Shown here: piece by piece, positions 1 through 10,433 of the stretch | Position numbering within the stretch: the first letter of the stretch is position 1 | Layout of the letters: each line of letters opens with the position of its first letter | Assembly: GCA_021156165.1 (NCBI GenBank) | Contig: JAJNBM010000003.1 | Location: 1,817 to 65,816 of the forward strand | Source: Gammaproteobacteria bacterium | GTDB taxonomy: Bacteria > Pseudomonadota > Gammaproteobacteria > UBA1113 | Length of the DNA stretch: 64,000 bases | Reading direction: 5' to 3' | Position numbers and translations under genes: made by a program | The notes under the pieces: generated by a model | What the model saw: the letters and a program-made list of their open reading frames with translations, nothing else | Told to the model about the DNA's origin: nothing | Database searches by the model: none

Positions 1-815
1 AATTCACCTCCTAATAGTGATAGATGTAAAAACATTTAAATTTGCGTTAGTGAGATTTAATATCTCATAAATTTATTGTATGTTCCTGCAATAAGTTTGT
101 CAATGAAAATAAAAGAGAATCAGAATTTTCCACTGTTGCTTTTGCATTCAAAGTAATTTAATTTTAAAAATTATTTTTGCGCACATCTTTTAAAAAATAA
201 ATTTTCATTCTATTTTTTAACGCAAGAAAAAACTCAAGCGAAATGCATTTTTAATTTTTGATGACGCATTCATTATTTTAGATGACGAGAACAATGGCAA
301 GACTTGATGTGGATAGTTCTACAGAGTAAACGACATAAAAAATTATCTGTCAGATAATTCTGTTTTTTAATTGGAACATCAAAACATAATTTTATATCGC
401 AACTTGTTTTATAAAAATTTTTCCTTGAATTTAGTAAAATATGTTGCAGAATTTTTTGCATAATGAGCAGCGTATCTGACGAGCTAATATAGAAGCATGT
501 TATCATCCAGCATGTGTATGAGTTGCTTCTCGATTTCCTTCAGCCATGACAAGGGTTGCTATTACCGTGTTACCGAATATAATTTATGGGCTCAAGGAGA
601 AAGTTAATTTAACAATAAAGAGTTAAATTTATTTTAAATGCTTTAGAATAGAGATATTCTAAAAACCGGATTGGGGGCCAATAGAGCAGAGGCCAGCCCC
701 TTGATGGTGAGCAATAAAAGAACATATGTAAATAGAGCGGCGTATCCTTAATGATCACCCAAACAGGTATTTCTCTATAAAAGGGCCGAATGCTTGTAAA
801 AACAAGGAAAATGTC

Positions 816-844
816 TTGACAAAAGGGGCAAAGCTCCCTAAAAT
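816..844 (+). promoter_or_regulatory. sigma70-type promoter for the tRNA cluster (TTGACA, 17-nt spacer, TAAAAT)
   Basis: Exact TTGACA at 816-821, a 17-nt spacer and TAAAAT at 839-844. The first tRNA starts at 857, about 12 nt after the -10 element. Confidence 0.55.
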
Positions 845-856
845 GCCCACTTTCTC

Positions 857-932
<76 letters not shown>

Positions 933-954
933 AGAGAAAAATGACAGTCTTACT

Positions 955-1030
955 GTCCCCATCGTCTAGAGGCCTAGGACATTGCCCTTTCACGGCAGTA
1001 ACAGGGGTTCGAATCCCCTTGGGGACGCCA
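955..1030 (+). tRNA. tRNA-Glu (anticodon UUC)
   Basis: Very close to E. coli tRNA-Glu. Anticodon loop CTTTCAC; encoded CCA. Confidence 0.9.
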
Positions 1031-1074
1031 ATTTTTTTGGCTGTTTAGCTATAAGTTCATTTTTGTTCAAATAT

Positions 1075-1150
1075 GTCCCCATCGTCTAGAGGCCTAGGAC
1101 ATTGCCCTCTCACGGCAATAACAGGGGTTCGAATCCCCTTGGGGACGCCA
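1075..1150 (+). tRNA. tRNA-Glu paralog with anticodon CUC
   Basis: Differs from the 955-1030 copy at only 2 positions: anticodon loop CTCTCAC, plus a compensating stem change G to A. Confidence 0.85.
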
Positions 1151-1160
1151 CTCCTGGGAT

Positions 1161-2069
1161 TTAACCATTAATAATTTTGCCACCATTAGGATGTAAGACT
1201 TGCCCGGACATATAAGAAGAATCCTCGGAGGCAAGAAAAACATAACAAGGTGCTACTTCATCCGGCTGTCCTGGCCTTTTCATAGGCACATTTTTCCCAA
1301 ATTCTTTTATATGTTTTTTACTAAAACTTGCTGGGATTAAAGGTGTCCAAATAGGGCCAGGAGCAACTGCATTTACTCTAATTCCTTTATCAATAATAGA
1401 CTCGGAAAGAGAACGAGTAAGGGCAACGATAGCCCCTTTAGTGGCGGAATAATCAATTAATTCTTTACTGCCCTTATAGGCGGTTACCGAAGTAGTATTG
1501 ATAATAGAAGCGCCTTTTTTTAAATAGGGTAATGCCGCTTTTATCATAAAAAAATAAGAGAAAATATTAGTTCTAAATGTTTCTAATAATTGTTCGGCAC
1601 TAATATCTACAATGCTGTCCTGCGGATATTGCACAGCGGCGTTATTAATTAGAATATCTATTTTGTCAAAATGTTTTAAAGTAGATTCGACTACTTTTTT
1701 GCAAAATATTTCTTTACCCACATCTCCAGCAATTAATAAACAACGCCGACCTATTTCTTCCACTTGACGCTTTATTAATTTTGCGTCTTCATGTTCGTTG
1801 AGGTACGCAATGGTAACATCTGCGCCTTCTTTTGCGTATAGAAGCGCTACCGCGCCCCCAATCCCACTGTCTCCGCCCGTAATGATGGCTACTTTATTTT
1901 TTAACTTATTGCACCCTTGGTACTCTTTTTTGTCCATTTTAGGCTTGGGTTTCATTTTATATTGTCGCCCCGGTTGTTTAGTCTCTATTTCGGCTTCATG
2001 CGGAATCTTTTGGGCAATTGATGTAGGTGTCTCCATTTTTTTCTCCAGCTCTTTGATAAAGTGATTCAT
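1161..2069 (-). CDS. yghA: NAD(P)-dependent short-chain dehydrogenase/reductase, YghA-like
   Basis: TGGDSGIG Rossmann motif. Full-length similarity to the E. coli YghA / general stress protein 39 family, including the N-terminal extension. Confidence 0.85.
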   Translation of the reverse strand: MNHFIKELEKKMETPTSIAQKIPHEAEIETKQPGRQYKMKPKPKMDKKEYQGCNKLKNKVAIITGGDSGIGGAVALLYAKEGADVTIAYLNEHEDAKLIKRQVEEIGRRCLLIAGDVGKEIFCKKVVESTLKHFDKIDILINNAAVQYPQDSIVDISAEQLLETFRTNIFSYFFMIKAALPYLKKGASIINTTSVTAYKGSKELIDYSATKGAIVALTRSLSESIIDKGIRVNAVAPGPIWTPLIPASFSKKHIKEFGKNVPMKRPGQPDEVAPCYVFLASEDSSYMSGQVLHPNGGKIING

Positions 2070-2296
2070 CTGTTCCCCAACAGAGAGACTCGATATAAAT
2101 GAATTAACCGAGACAGACCGTCAGAGAACCGATGGAAAAAGTGTTTACGCTCTTTTCTACATATTTTCTAATTAAATTTATCGGAATCGAAAAAATGATA
2201 TCTTAAAAAGCAAAAGAACTCAACCAAAAAAATTTAGATTCGTTAAATTTAGAATAATCGCACATCGAATCTATGGCTTATAAGACAGAGAAGCGT

Positions 2297-2302
2297 TATA
2301 AT
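2297..2302 (+). promoter_or_regulatory. candidate -10 box (TATAAT) upstream of the hemerythrin-like gene
   Basis: Perfect TATAAT sits about 25 nt upstream of the AGGAGG SD (2315-2320). The -35 element is weak. Confidence 0.3.
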
Positions 2303-2326
2303 AAAATTTAACAATAGGAGGCCCAT

Positions 2327-2782
2327 ATGAATATTATTAGTATGCTGAAATCAGACCATAAAGAGGTTGCTGCAATGTTGAAAAAACTTCTGCAAAGCAG
2401 AACCACCAAAAGCAGAGACTCTATTTTTTCTAAAATTTATGAAGCGCTTGCTGTACATGCTGAATTTGAGGAGAAAACATTTTATCCTGCTGTCAAAAAA
2501 ACCGCTAAAACTAAAGATCTCGTTTTAGAGTCTTATGTAGAGCATGACTTAATTAAGATTTTACTCTCAGATATACAAAACATGTCTCCTAAAGATGAAT
2601 TGTGGAAAGCCAAAGTGACGGTATTACAAGAAATTATAAAACATCATGTTAAAGAAGAAGAGCAAGATCTTTTCCTAGAAGCCAAGCGCATCTTAGATAA
2701 AGAACAATTGAATAACATGGGGAAAAAGTATCTTCACTTTAAAGCCACTGCCCAAATAGAAGTAGCAGGCGAGCCTGAATGA
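2327..2782 (+). CDS. hemerythrin-like (HHE cation-binding) domain protein
   Basis: Spaced H/E residues: SDHKEV, HAEFEEKTFYP and HHVKEEEQDLF. Strong SD. Confidence 0.55.
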   Translation: MNIISMLKSDHKEVAAMLKKLLQSRTTKSRDSIFSKIYEALAVHAEFEEKTFYPAVKKTAKTKDLVLESYVEHDLIKILLSDIQNMSPKDELWKAKVTVLQEIIKHHVKEEEQDLFLEAKRILDKEQLNNMGKKYLHFKATAQIEVAGEPE

Positions 2783-2852
2783 AGAACATTATTAACCTTT
2801 AAAAAGCATGCTCTGTTTGTTTCACAACGGCTTGTCCTAATTAGGAAATTAT

Positions 2853-3341
2853 ATGAACATAGAACATATTGCACTACAATTAGGTAAGCTCTTGCAAGAT
2901 AAAAATCTGTTATTGGCGACCGCCGAATCTTGCACAGGAGGCTGGATTGCAAAAACAATTACTTCTTTACCGACAAGCTCATGTTGTTTAGATCGGGGAT
3001 TTGTAACCTACAGCGAAGTTTCCAAACAAGAAATGCTAGACGTTGATCCACAATCAATAGAAAAATACGGTGCGGTAAGTGAAGTAGTGGCACAGCAAAT
3101 GGCTGAAGGCGCTTTAAATAACAGCCATGCCCAAGTAAGTCTAGCTGTTACTGGAGTAGCAGGGCCTACGCAAGATGGCAGCGGAACACCTATTGGGACA
3201 ATATGGTTTGCCTGGGCAAGATTAAACGCACCCACCATTACAGAATATTTACATCTTGAAGGAAACAGGAATGAAGTATGTGCACAATGCGTTCAGCATA
3301 GTTTAAATAGACTTCTAGAAATATTAGAAAATCAAGAATAG
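2853..3341 (+). CDS. pncC: CinA C-terminal domain / nicotinamide-nucleotide amidohydrolase PncC
   Basis: LATAESCTGGWIAK motif, typical of the PncC / CinA C-terminal domain. Length is about 160 aa. Confidence 0.85.
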   Translation: MNIEHIALQLGKLLQDKNLLLATAESCTGGWIAKTITSLPTSSCCLDRGFVTYSEVSKQEMLDVDPQSIEKYGAVSEVVAQQMAEGALNNSHAQVSLAVTGVAGPTQDGSGTPIGTIWFAWARLNAPTITEYLHLEGNRNEVCAQCVQHSLNRLLEILENQE

Positions 3342-3352
3342 GGTTTAACTCT

Positions 3353-3988
3353 TCAGCCCTGCGTCTTATCCGGATATTCACACCAATCGCGAATAATACA
3401 CTGCGCACAAAGCGGTTTCCTGGCTACACAGGTATAACGGCCATGCAAAATAAGCCAATGATGAGCATCATGTAAATAAGCTTTAGGTACAACTTTAAGT
3501 AAGTCCTTTTCGACGGCTAAAGGGGTGGTGCCTTGCGATAGGCCTATGCGCTTCGCTACTCTAAAAATATGTGTATCTACAGCAATAGTAGGTTCGCCAA
3601 AAGCGGTATTTAACACCACATTAGCTGTTTTACGACCTACACCCGGCAAGGCTTCCAGCGCCTCGCGGTTAGACGGCACTTCGCCTTGATGTCGTTCTAG
3701 CAGCAACGCACAAGTCTTAAGAATGTTCTTTGCCTTGGTTTGATATAACCCTATGCTTTTAATATAGGGTATTAACCCCTCTATGCCCAAATCTACGATA
3801 GCTTGTGGCGTATGCGCTACTGGGTATAGTTTGGCAGTGGCTTTATTCACGCTTACATCTGTAGCTTGTGCCGATAAAATCACAGAAACGAGCAATTCAA
3901 ACGGTGTTTGATAGCGCAACTCGGTAGTCGGCTTAGGATTGGCTTTAGCAAAAGCCTTAAATATTTTTTGAATGTTAGCCGCTAGCAT
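3353..3988 (-). CDS. nth: endonuclease III
   Basis: HhH-GPD motifs and the C-terminal 4Fe-4S Cys cluster CxxxxxxCxxCxxxxxC. Full-length match to Nth. Confidence 0.9.
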   Translation of the reverse strand: MLAANIQKIFKAFAKANPKPTTELRYQTPFELLVSVILSAQATDVSVNKATAKLYPVAHTPQAIVDLGIEGLIPYIKSIGLYQTKAKNILKTCALLLERHQGEVPSNREALEALPGVGRKTANVVLNTAFGEPTIAVDTHIFRVAKRIGLSQGTTPLAVEKDLLKVVPKAYLHDAHHWLILHGRYTCVARKPLCAQCIIRDWCEYPDKTQG

Positions 3989-4562
3989 TAGGAGTGCTCT
4001 TTTTAGCCAAAACGCGTAGCCGTGCGGATTCTATATAATCGCGTTGCGCTTTTATAGAATCGGGGATACTTACTTTCTTAGCATCGCTCATTTTTTGTAA
4101 GCGTTCCTTTTTTGCGCCGTAATGTCGGCGTGCAGCGCTGGCGGGTATTTTTTTTTCAGATGAAACTGCCATCATGCTGATACAGTCTGTAGGGCAGGGT
4201 AATAAGCACAATTCACAGCCAGTACAAACATCGGGTAATACGGTATGCATCATTTTAGCGCTGCCCACGATAGCCTCGACAGGGCAGGCCGTAATGCATT
4301 TTAAGCATCCTATGCAATAAGCTTCATCGATAACTGCAACACTAGGCGGGCGATAACGTTGCTGCACTTCCTGGCGATACGGCGTCGCATCTACCCCCAT
4401 TAATTTTGCCAAAGCTTCTAAGGTCTCAACGCCTCCCGGAGCGCACTGCGCAATATCCGCTTCGCCACGTGCTATCGCTTCGGCATAAGGTAAACAGGCC
4501 GCATAACCGCATTCTTGGCATTGAGTCTGTGGCAATACCGCATCTATATCCTTGATGCGCAT
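3975..4562 (-). CDS. rnfB: RnfB/RsxB-like 4Fe-4S ferredoxin, standalone
   Basis: N-terminal CxxCGxxxC and two CxxCxxCxxxCP ferredoxin motifs, collinear with E. coli RsxB. No other rnf genes are in the window. Confidence 0.7.
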   Translation of the reverse strand: MRIKDIDAVLPQTQCQECGYAACLPYAEAIARGEADIAQCAPGGVETLEALAKLMGVDATPYRQEVQQRYRPPSVAVIDEAYCIGCLKCITACPVEAIVGSAKMMHTVLPDVCTGCELCLLPCPTDCISMMAVSSEKKIPASAARRHYGAKKERLQKMSDAKKVSIPDSIKAQRDYIESARLRVLAKKSTPNASG

Positions 4563-4563
4563 T

Positions 4564-6237
4564 TTATTGAACCCACTCGGTGATTTGTTTTTCTTCTATA
4601 CGTGTCATTAAAGGGGTAAAGGATTTAATGCTGTGGGCTAGTAAAGGTGTATTTATGTCCTGCCATTGTAAAGGGGCAATTTGTAAGAAACTTTCTACCG
4701 AAAGTGCCAATTGTGGCAAAACGGGCTTTAAATAAATGATTAAGATACGAAATAAATTAAGCGCACTGGTCGCAATTTCTTTTAATTCCTCAGACCCGCC
4801 TTGTTCTTTGGCTATTTGCCAAGGTTTTTTCTCAGCAATCCATTCATTCGCTTTATCGGCAAGGGCAGTGACTTCGCGTAATACGCGCGCATAATCGCGC
4901 GTTTCGTAATAATCAGCTATTTCGCTTTGTTTGCCGATAAATAATTCCCATAATGGTTTATTCGTTAATTGGGTTGCCAATTGATTATCAAAAAATTTTC
5001 CTATAAAGCTCGCTGTACGCGCGGCAATATTGATAATTTTTCCTATAAGATCGGAATTGACGCGCTGCATAAAATCTTTGAAATTTAGGTCGATGTCTTC
5101 TATGCCGCCATTTAATTTTGCTGCAAAATAGTAGCGCAAATATTCCGGATTTAATTTTTCTAAGTATTGCTTGGCGGTAATAAAGGTGCCGCGTGATTTC
5201 GACATTTTCTCGCCATTCACGGTTACAAAACCATGTACAAAAACTTGCGTGGGCAAACGATGCTCACTTGCCATTAAAACGGCTGGCCAAAACAGGGTGT
5301 GGAAGTAAACAATGTCTTTTCCGATGAAATGATATAATTCCGTCTTGCTGTCTTGCTTCCAGAACGCATCATAATCTAAGCCGGGGTGTTTGGCGCAAAA
5401 ATTTTTGAAACTGGCCATGTAGCCTATAGGCGCATCTAGCCAGACATAAAAATATTTATCTTTTTCTTCCGGGATCTTAAAACCAAAATAAGGTGCATCA
5501 CGGCTAATATCCCAAGTTTGCAATCCGGCATCGAACCATTCTTGCATTTTATTTTGAATTTCTTTGATGACATGCGGCCCGCTTATCCATTTTTTTAGCT
5601 GATCTGCATAGTGTGGCAAATCAAAAAATAAATGTTCTGTAGCACGGGCCTCTGGCGTAGCGCCGGATAATACGGATTTAGGATCAAGCAACTCCGATGA
5701 ACCATAAGTGGCACCGCAGACTTCGCAATTATCGCCATATTGATCGGGACTATTACAGCGTGGGCAAGTACCTTTGACATATCGATCCGGTAGAAACATA
5801 TTTTTCAGCGGGTCATAAGCTTGATAAATGGTCTTACGAATAATCGCGCCTGCCTTTTGCAGCTGTTGGTAAATTGCCGCTGATAATTGCTCATTCTCAG
5901 GGGAATGGGTGGTATAAAAATTGTCGAATGTAATACCAAACTGCTCGATATCTGCCAATTGCTCACGTGCCATTTTAGTGATAAAAGCTTCAGGGCTTAA
6001 ACCGTGTTTTTCAGCTTGGATCATAACGGGTGTGCCATGGGCATCGCTGCCTGCAATAAAATAGCATATATTGCCGCGCATTTTTTGAAAATTAACCCAA
6101 ATATCGGCTTCCACTGCTTCTAAAATATAGCCCAAATGGATAGTGCCATTCGCGTAGGGCAATGCTGTAGTGGCTATCATGGTACGTACATTATTCATTA
6201 ATAATCTCTTATAAAATAGTTGTTTGGATTCCCGCAA
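4564..6237 (-). CDS. metG: methionyl-tRNA synthetase, short form
   Basis: HIGH motif ([13 protein letters not shown]), KMSKS and zinc knuckle Cys residues. The real start is probably the internal Met near 6198. Confidence 0.95.
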   Translation of the reverse strand: MRESKQLFYKRLLMNNVRTMIATTALPYANGTIHLGYILEAVEADIWVNFQKMRGNICYFIAGSDAHGTPVMIQAEKHGLSPEAFITKMAREQLADIEQFGITFDNFYTTHSPENEQLSAAIYQQLQKAGAIIRKTIYQAYDPLKNMFLPDRYVKGTCPRCNSPDQYGDNCEVCGATYGSSELLDPKSVLSGATPEARATEHLFFDLPHYADQLKKWISGPHVIKEIQNKMQEWFDAGLQTWDISRDAPYFGFKIPEEKDKYFYVWLDAPIGYMASFKNFCAKHPGLDYDAFWKQDSKTELYHFIGKDIVYFHTLFWPAVLMASEHRLPTQVFVHGFVTVNGEKMSKSRGTFITAKQYLEKLNPEYLRYYFAAKLNGGIEDIDLNFKDFMQRVNSDLIGKIINIAARTASFIGKFFDNQLATQLTNKPLWELFIGKQSEIADYYETRDYARVLREVTALADKANEWIAEKKPWQIAKEQGGSEELKEIATSALNLFRILIIYLKPVLPQLALSVESFLQIAPLQWQDINTPLLAHSIKSFTPLMTRIEEKQITEWVQ

Positions 6238-6254
6238 TTAAAGGCTTGCGTAAG

Positions 6255-6307
6255 GGGCAGCCCCCGGGTCTGCCCAAACGGGGCAACCAGGGGGTTGCCC
6301 CTACGGG
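6255..6307. repeat. pair of REP-like GC hairpins, the second ending in CCCTACGGG
   Basis: gggcag-N9-ctgccc (6255-6275) and ggggcaacc-aggg-ggttgcccc (6280-6301), followed by tacggg. Member of the dispersed family noted in the findings. Confidence 0.6.
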
Positions 6308-6349
6308 TAATTCACAGAAAAGGATATGCTCGATTCTAGCACAAATTGA

Positions 6350-7300
6350 CTACGGCGCAAAGTGATAATAGGCTGTCCTTCCCTCATTATTTTCTGCCAA
6401 GTTAAAGCTGGAAACCCGCTCTCTCCAGAATGAAAGCGCCCTCTCCGGAAGAGATACCGAATGGGGAGGCGCTTTAGGGGCTTTATCACTATGTGCACGC
6501 GGTTTTGCCTCATTAAACCTAAGCTGGCCAAAAGTGTTATTCAGGCCATAAGCCCGTTTATTGAGCTCTAACAATATTTGTAATTGTAGATGTTCAGCAC
6601 CTGTTTCTAAAGAGAGTAAATCATCCTCTTTTCTAATCACTAAAGCTTCGGGTTCTAGATATAAATTTTGGCAGGCACGGCTCAATATTTCAATGGTAAG
6701 CCCATATTGCATTTCTAAAAAATTTAATTTAAATTTTTCAAGCTCAGTAACCGCATTGTGCAATTTAGGCCCTAAAGATGTAATGTCTATATTATCATAG
6801 CGCAGGTGATTTTTAAGCCTTTGTATTTCCATTAACAAAGCGCTGTAGCGCGAAAAATCGTGGATAGATAAGGCTGAAACGTCAAAGAAAACCATCGTTA
6901 AAAATAAGTGATACGCTAGAGTAAATGGCGCTATTATTTTTGTTACGTTTTCCCCTGTTTTGAAAATATATAACCGCTGGGTGATCCTTTCCTTACTTTC
7001 TTCTGATAAATTTGAAAATATTGCGCTTAAAAATTCTTCACGGTGTATATCCCTGGGCAAGCTTTTAAAAATATATTTAAATAAAGAGACAGAAATCTCT
7101 GAAGAACGTAAAATATTTTCCCTCCCATCCGCTACTGGATTTAAAATATCGTAGTCCAAAGCTCTAGTGAGCAATTCTTCTTGTTTTTTGGGTGTGGTTG
7201 CAAAGAACAAAACTATATCCATTACTGTTTTCTTCTTTAGCGTAGGTCTCGATCGATATTCATAAAAATACCATTGTAAAATATCTGCTGGAATAGCCAT
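6350..7300 (-). CDS. hypothetical protein
   Basis: Long ORF of 316 aa with no recognisable motif. Its 3' end runs into the REP hairpins. Confidence 0.45.
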   Translation of the reverse strand: MAIPADILQWYFYEYRSRPTLKKKTVMDIVLFFATTPKKQEELLTRALDYDILNPVADGRENILRSSEISVSLFKYIFKSLPRDIHREEFLSAIFSNLSEESKERITQRLYIFKTGENVTKIIAPFTLAYHLFLTMVFFDVSALSIHDFSRYSALLMEIQRLKNHLRYDNIDITSLGPKLHNAVTELEKFKLNFLEMQYGLTIEILSRACQNLYLEPEALVIRKEDDLLSLETGAEHLQLQILLELNKRAYGLNNTFGQLRFNEAKPRAHSDKAPKAPPHSVSLPERALSFWRERVSSFNLAENNEGRTAYYHFAP

Positions 7301-7635
7301 AATAATGCTCCTGAGTTAAGTTAATACAACTCTCACTCAGGGGAGCAATCAGGATTGCAGCGAGTTAAAATGCATTATAACATTTAATTATAATAAATCA
7401 ATGTTTTGAGAAAATATTTTCTCTTCTCCTGAGGCCAGTAGGCATTGGGTTTGTCAAAGCGAAAAAGGAATAAAGCAGGGCAAAATATTAGCAGATTGGA
7501 GAAGAATACGGGCAATATTGGAAGAAAATATGCTAATATTTGGACTGCAATATTCATTTTGCAGCCGATAAATCCCCTACCTAGAGGCCCTATGCTATAC
7601 TACCGATTTATTTATGTATGAGCTAATAATATCCC

Positions 7636-8964
7636 ATGGATTATCTTATAGAGTATCAAAAAAAATTAAGCACTGCAGAAAAAGCAGCCGAGTGGTTGCC
7701 TCCGTTAGGTAACCTAGGCATAGGCATGGCGGCAAGTGCACCACCCGCAATATTACGAGCCATAGAAAAAAGAGTGCAGCAACACGACATTGAACGACTC
7801 AACTTATATTATCTACATTCTACACCGCCCTTATACGATAGTCTGTTAAAATATGAATACATGGATCGTATCAAGCCGCATCCTTTTTTTATGGGTGCAG
7901 CTGAACGTGAACTTATTCAACGCGGCGTGGTAGAAAACAGACGGGTTGTCTTTTTTGTACCCACCAACTTTAGTGAAGTACCGAAAATTATTGAAGAATA
8001 TCTAGACTTAGACATTTTTATCATGACGGTTTCACCCATGGATAGGGGGGGCTATTTTAGCTGTGGCACCAATAGCGATTACACCATTCCCGCGGCAAGA
8101 ATGGCTAAAAAACTCATTGTAGAAGTCAATACACATATGCCTAGGGTTTTTGGCAATTGCAGCCTACATCTATCGGAAATTGATGTATTGGTTGAAAACA
8201 ATGCCCCCCTATGTGAAGTTCCCGCAAAAGCCATCTCGGAAATAGATAAAGAAATTGCCCGACAAATTATTCACCTTATCCCTGATAAAGCCACGTTGCA
8301 ATTTGGTATAGGCTCTGTGCCCAGCGCCATTTGTGCAGCATTAACCACGCACCGAGATTTAGGCTTGCATACCGAATTGATCACGCCTGGCATCATGCAA
8401 CTCATTCAATGCGGCGCCATTAATAATAGATTTAAACACATTAATAAACACAAGAGTGTTTATACCTTTGCTTTAGGTGATAAGGCGATGTATGATTTTT
8501 TAAATGACAACTCTAGCATGGAGTGTCATCCTGTAGATTACGTCAATGACCCTTATGTGATCGCCAAAAATGATAAAGTTATTTCCATCAATAGCTTTGT
8601 ACAAGTCGATCTTTTTGGCCAAGTCAATGCCGAATCTGTCAATGGCAGACAATTTAGCGCTATAGGCGGCCAACTGGATTTTATACGCGGCGCACAATTA
8701 TCCAAACAAGGGTGTTCTATTTTAGCTGCACATTCCACTGCGGCTGAAGGCAGCGTTTCGCGTATTATCCCCGTGGTTTCAGGACCCATTACAGACTCCA
8801 GGGTAGATGTACAATACATCGCTACCGAATACGGTATAGTGAATTTAAAAGGCAAATCCACCTATGATAGAGCGATGGCGCTTATCGATATTGCTCATCC
8901 CAAATTTAGAACAGAATTATTAGAACAAGCTAAGGGCTTGATGGGACTGAAAGGGTGGGTGTGA
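7636..8964 (+). CDS. acetyl-CoA hydrolase/transferase family protein (4-hydroxybutyrate CoA-transferase-like)
   Basis: LQFGIGSVPSA and VDLFGQVNAES...FSAIGGQLDFIRGA are collinear with AbfT/Cat2 family signatures. Confidence 0.8.
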   Translation: MDYLIEYQKKLSTAEKAAEWLPPLGNLGIGMAASAPPAILRAIEKRVQQHDIERLNLYYLHSTPPLYDSLLKYEYMDRIKPHPFFMGAAERELIQRGVVENRRVVFFVPTNFSEVPKIIEEYLDLDIFIMTVSPMDRGGYFSCGTNSDYTIPAARMAKKLIVEVNTHMPRVFGNCSLHLSEIDVLVENNAPLCEVPAKAISEIDKEIARQIIHLIPDKATLQFGIGSVPSAICAALTTHRDLGLHTELITPGIMQLIQCGAINNRFKHINKHKSVYTFALGDKAMYDFLNDNSSMECHPVDYVNDPYVIAKNDKVISINSFVQVDLFGQVNAESVNGRQFSAIGGQLDFIRGAQLSKQGCSILAAHSTAAEGSVSRIIPVVSGPITDSRVDVQYIATEYGIVNLKGKSTYDRAMALIDIAHPKFRTELLEQAKGLMGLKGWV

Positions 8965-8977
8965 ACGCTCGCCATTT

Positions 8978-9898
8978 ATGAGGAAACTTTCAATGCTACA
9001 TACAAGAGTAGTTTTTACTGAGCAAGAAAAAAAATGGTTATTGGAACACCATATCGCCCGGGAAACTGATAACAAAGCCGCATTAATATACCCAATGGGC
9101 GCCGAAAGATTTTTATCCTCCGTACTATTTGGTAACAGAAAATGGCAAAATAATTATGATATTAGAGCAGATATAGAAGATAAAGATGTATTGGTCATTC
9201 CAGGCTACGGCAACAGTAGTTTTTTATTTGCTGCAGCAGGGGCTAAGTCGGTAACGGTATACGATAAAGATCCGGTTACCATCACTTGGATGCGCGCTTT
9301 TAAGAAATACTATCATTACCGCGGCAATAAGGGCAAAAGAAAAGGTTTCCCATCTATAGGCGAATTATTGGACGCGCTAACCTGCGGGTATCCCCCAGTG
9401 GGAATTTTACCTACTGGAAAATTAAGGCAGCTATTATTGCGATTGTTTAACCCCCAGGCATTGCGGCGCTCCTATATTTTCTATATGCTACTGTTAGTGC
9501 GTCAAGCCGTTGAGAAAGATATCAAAGATGATTTCGACCTCAATAAAGACATACAGTTTTATGTGGGTGGGCTACAACAGCTGTTAGTAGAGCAGAAGAA
9601 TAAATGCTTTGATACGGCTTTTGTACCTTATCTTTTAGGTGTTGAAAATGGTATAGAAGAAAAACAAGCTATCGTTGATTTTGTTAAAAAATTAGTTAAA
9701 ATAGTTCCAAATGGGCATCTATTAATCACCCCTTCTAGAAGCACTAAAGAATTTCGTGTTGTCGGTAAGCGCTACTTTGTTACTACAGGTTATGATAGCA
9801 TTCAAGCTATTCCGGAATTGCAACCCTATGTTATAAAAGAGAATAGGCATTGGTTTGAAACACAAGGTTTAATGATATTAGGAGAAAATAATGGATAA
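8978..9898 (+). CDS. hypothetical protein with a class I SAM-methyltransferase-like motif
   Basis: VLVIPGYGNSSFLFAAAGAKSVTVYDKD resembles MTase motif I (hh.GxG...A..GA.V...D.D). Confidence 0.4.
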   Translation: MRKLSMLHTRVVFTEQEKKWLLEHHIARETDNKAALIYPMGAERFLSSVLFGNRKWQNNYDIRADIEDKDVLVIPGYGNSSFLFAAAGAKSVTVYDKDPVTITWMRAFKKYYHYRGNKGKRKGFPSIGELLDALTCGYPPVGILPTGKLRQLLLRLFNPQALRRSYIFYMLLLVRQAVEKDIKDDFDLNKDIQFYVGGLQQLLVEQKNKCFDTAFVPYLLGVENGIEEKQAIVDFVKKLVKIVPNGHLLITPSRSTKEFRVVGKRYFVTTGYDSIQAIPELQPYVIKENRHWFETQGLMILGENNG

Positions 9899-9959
9899 AA
9901 TAATTTGCGCAGGTAAAAATGATTATCTTTACTCAAATGAATCTTGTAACAATGATTAA
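9891..9959 (+). pseudogene. 22-codon remnant duplicating the 5' end of the downstream FAH-family gene
   Basis: Encodes MDKIICAGKN..., identical to the first 10 residues of the 10434 gene. The DNA differs only at synonymous third positions. Confidence 0.4.
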
Positions 9960-10389
9960 AGAGATGGTTTTTTTAATCATTTCGTTTGTCTGGTCAGGAA
10001 TGATTTTGGGCATTTCTTTTTTTGAAGCTTGGGTAAAATTTAAAACTCCAAGCCTTACAAAAGAAGTCGGACTAGATGTAGGGAGAACGGTGTTTCGATC
10101 TTTTCATTTTGTGCAATGGGTATTGCTAGGCGCTTTAACAGTCATTTTTTTGAATCGGCCTATTATAATTCAAGGCATAATGCTTCTTAGTATTTTCTTT
10201 TTATTTAGCATTCAAGTGTTCTGGACTTTCCCGAAATTATGTTCAGATGTGGATTCAATTAGGTTTGGGAATCCTGCCAGACATTCCTCTCAACATCTTC
10301 TATATGGGGTGATAGAGGTATTAAAGCTTGCTGTTTTATTGATTGGAGCAATCTATTTACTTTTTAAGTTTACAGATCATGTATTTTAA
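9919..10389 (+). CDS. hypothetical integral membrane protein
   Basis: 156 aa with four hydrophobic helices. No known motif. Confidence 0.4.
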   Translation: MIIFTQMNLVTMIKEMVFLIISFVWSGMILGISFFEAWVKFKTPSLTKEVGLDVGRTVFRSFHFVQWVLLGALTVIFLNRPIIIQGIMLLSIFFLFSIQVFWTFPKLCSDVDSIRFGNPARHSSQHLLYGVIEVLKLAVLLIGAIYLLFKFTDHVF

Positions 10390-10433
10390 TCCATTCTACA
10401 GTTTTTTCAGAGGCCGTTTATCAGGAGCAAATA

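Noticed and set aside
273-506. 77-aa ORF on the minus strand in the AT-rich leader region
   Set aside because: Low-complexity, with no SD or motif, inside an obviously non-coding AT-rich promoter region. Likely spurious.
1798-2064. 88-aa ORF antisense to the SDR gene
   Set aside because: Lies entirely within the well-supported yghA-like CDS on the opposite strand. An antisense frame artefact.
5595-5780. 61-aa ORF inside metG
   Set aside because: An internal alternative frame of a highly conserved gene.
6255-6307. REP-like hairpins as rho-independent terminators
   Set aside because: The GC stems are strong but none is followed by a U-tract on either strand. More consistent with REP elements. 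Their function is untested.
6301-6531. 76-aa ORF spanning the REP hairpins and the 3' end of the 316-aa gene
   Set aside because: Overlaps the REP-like repeat and a longer same-strand ORF. No independent support.
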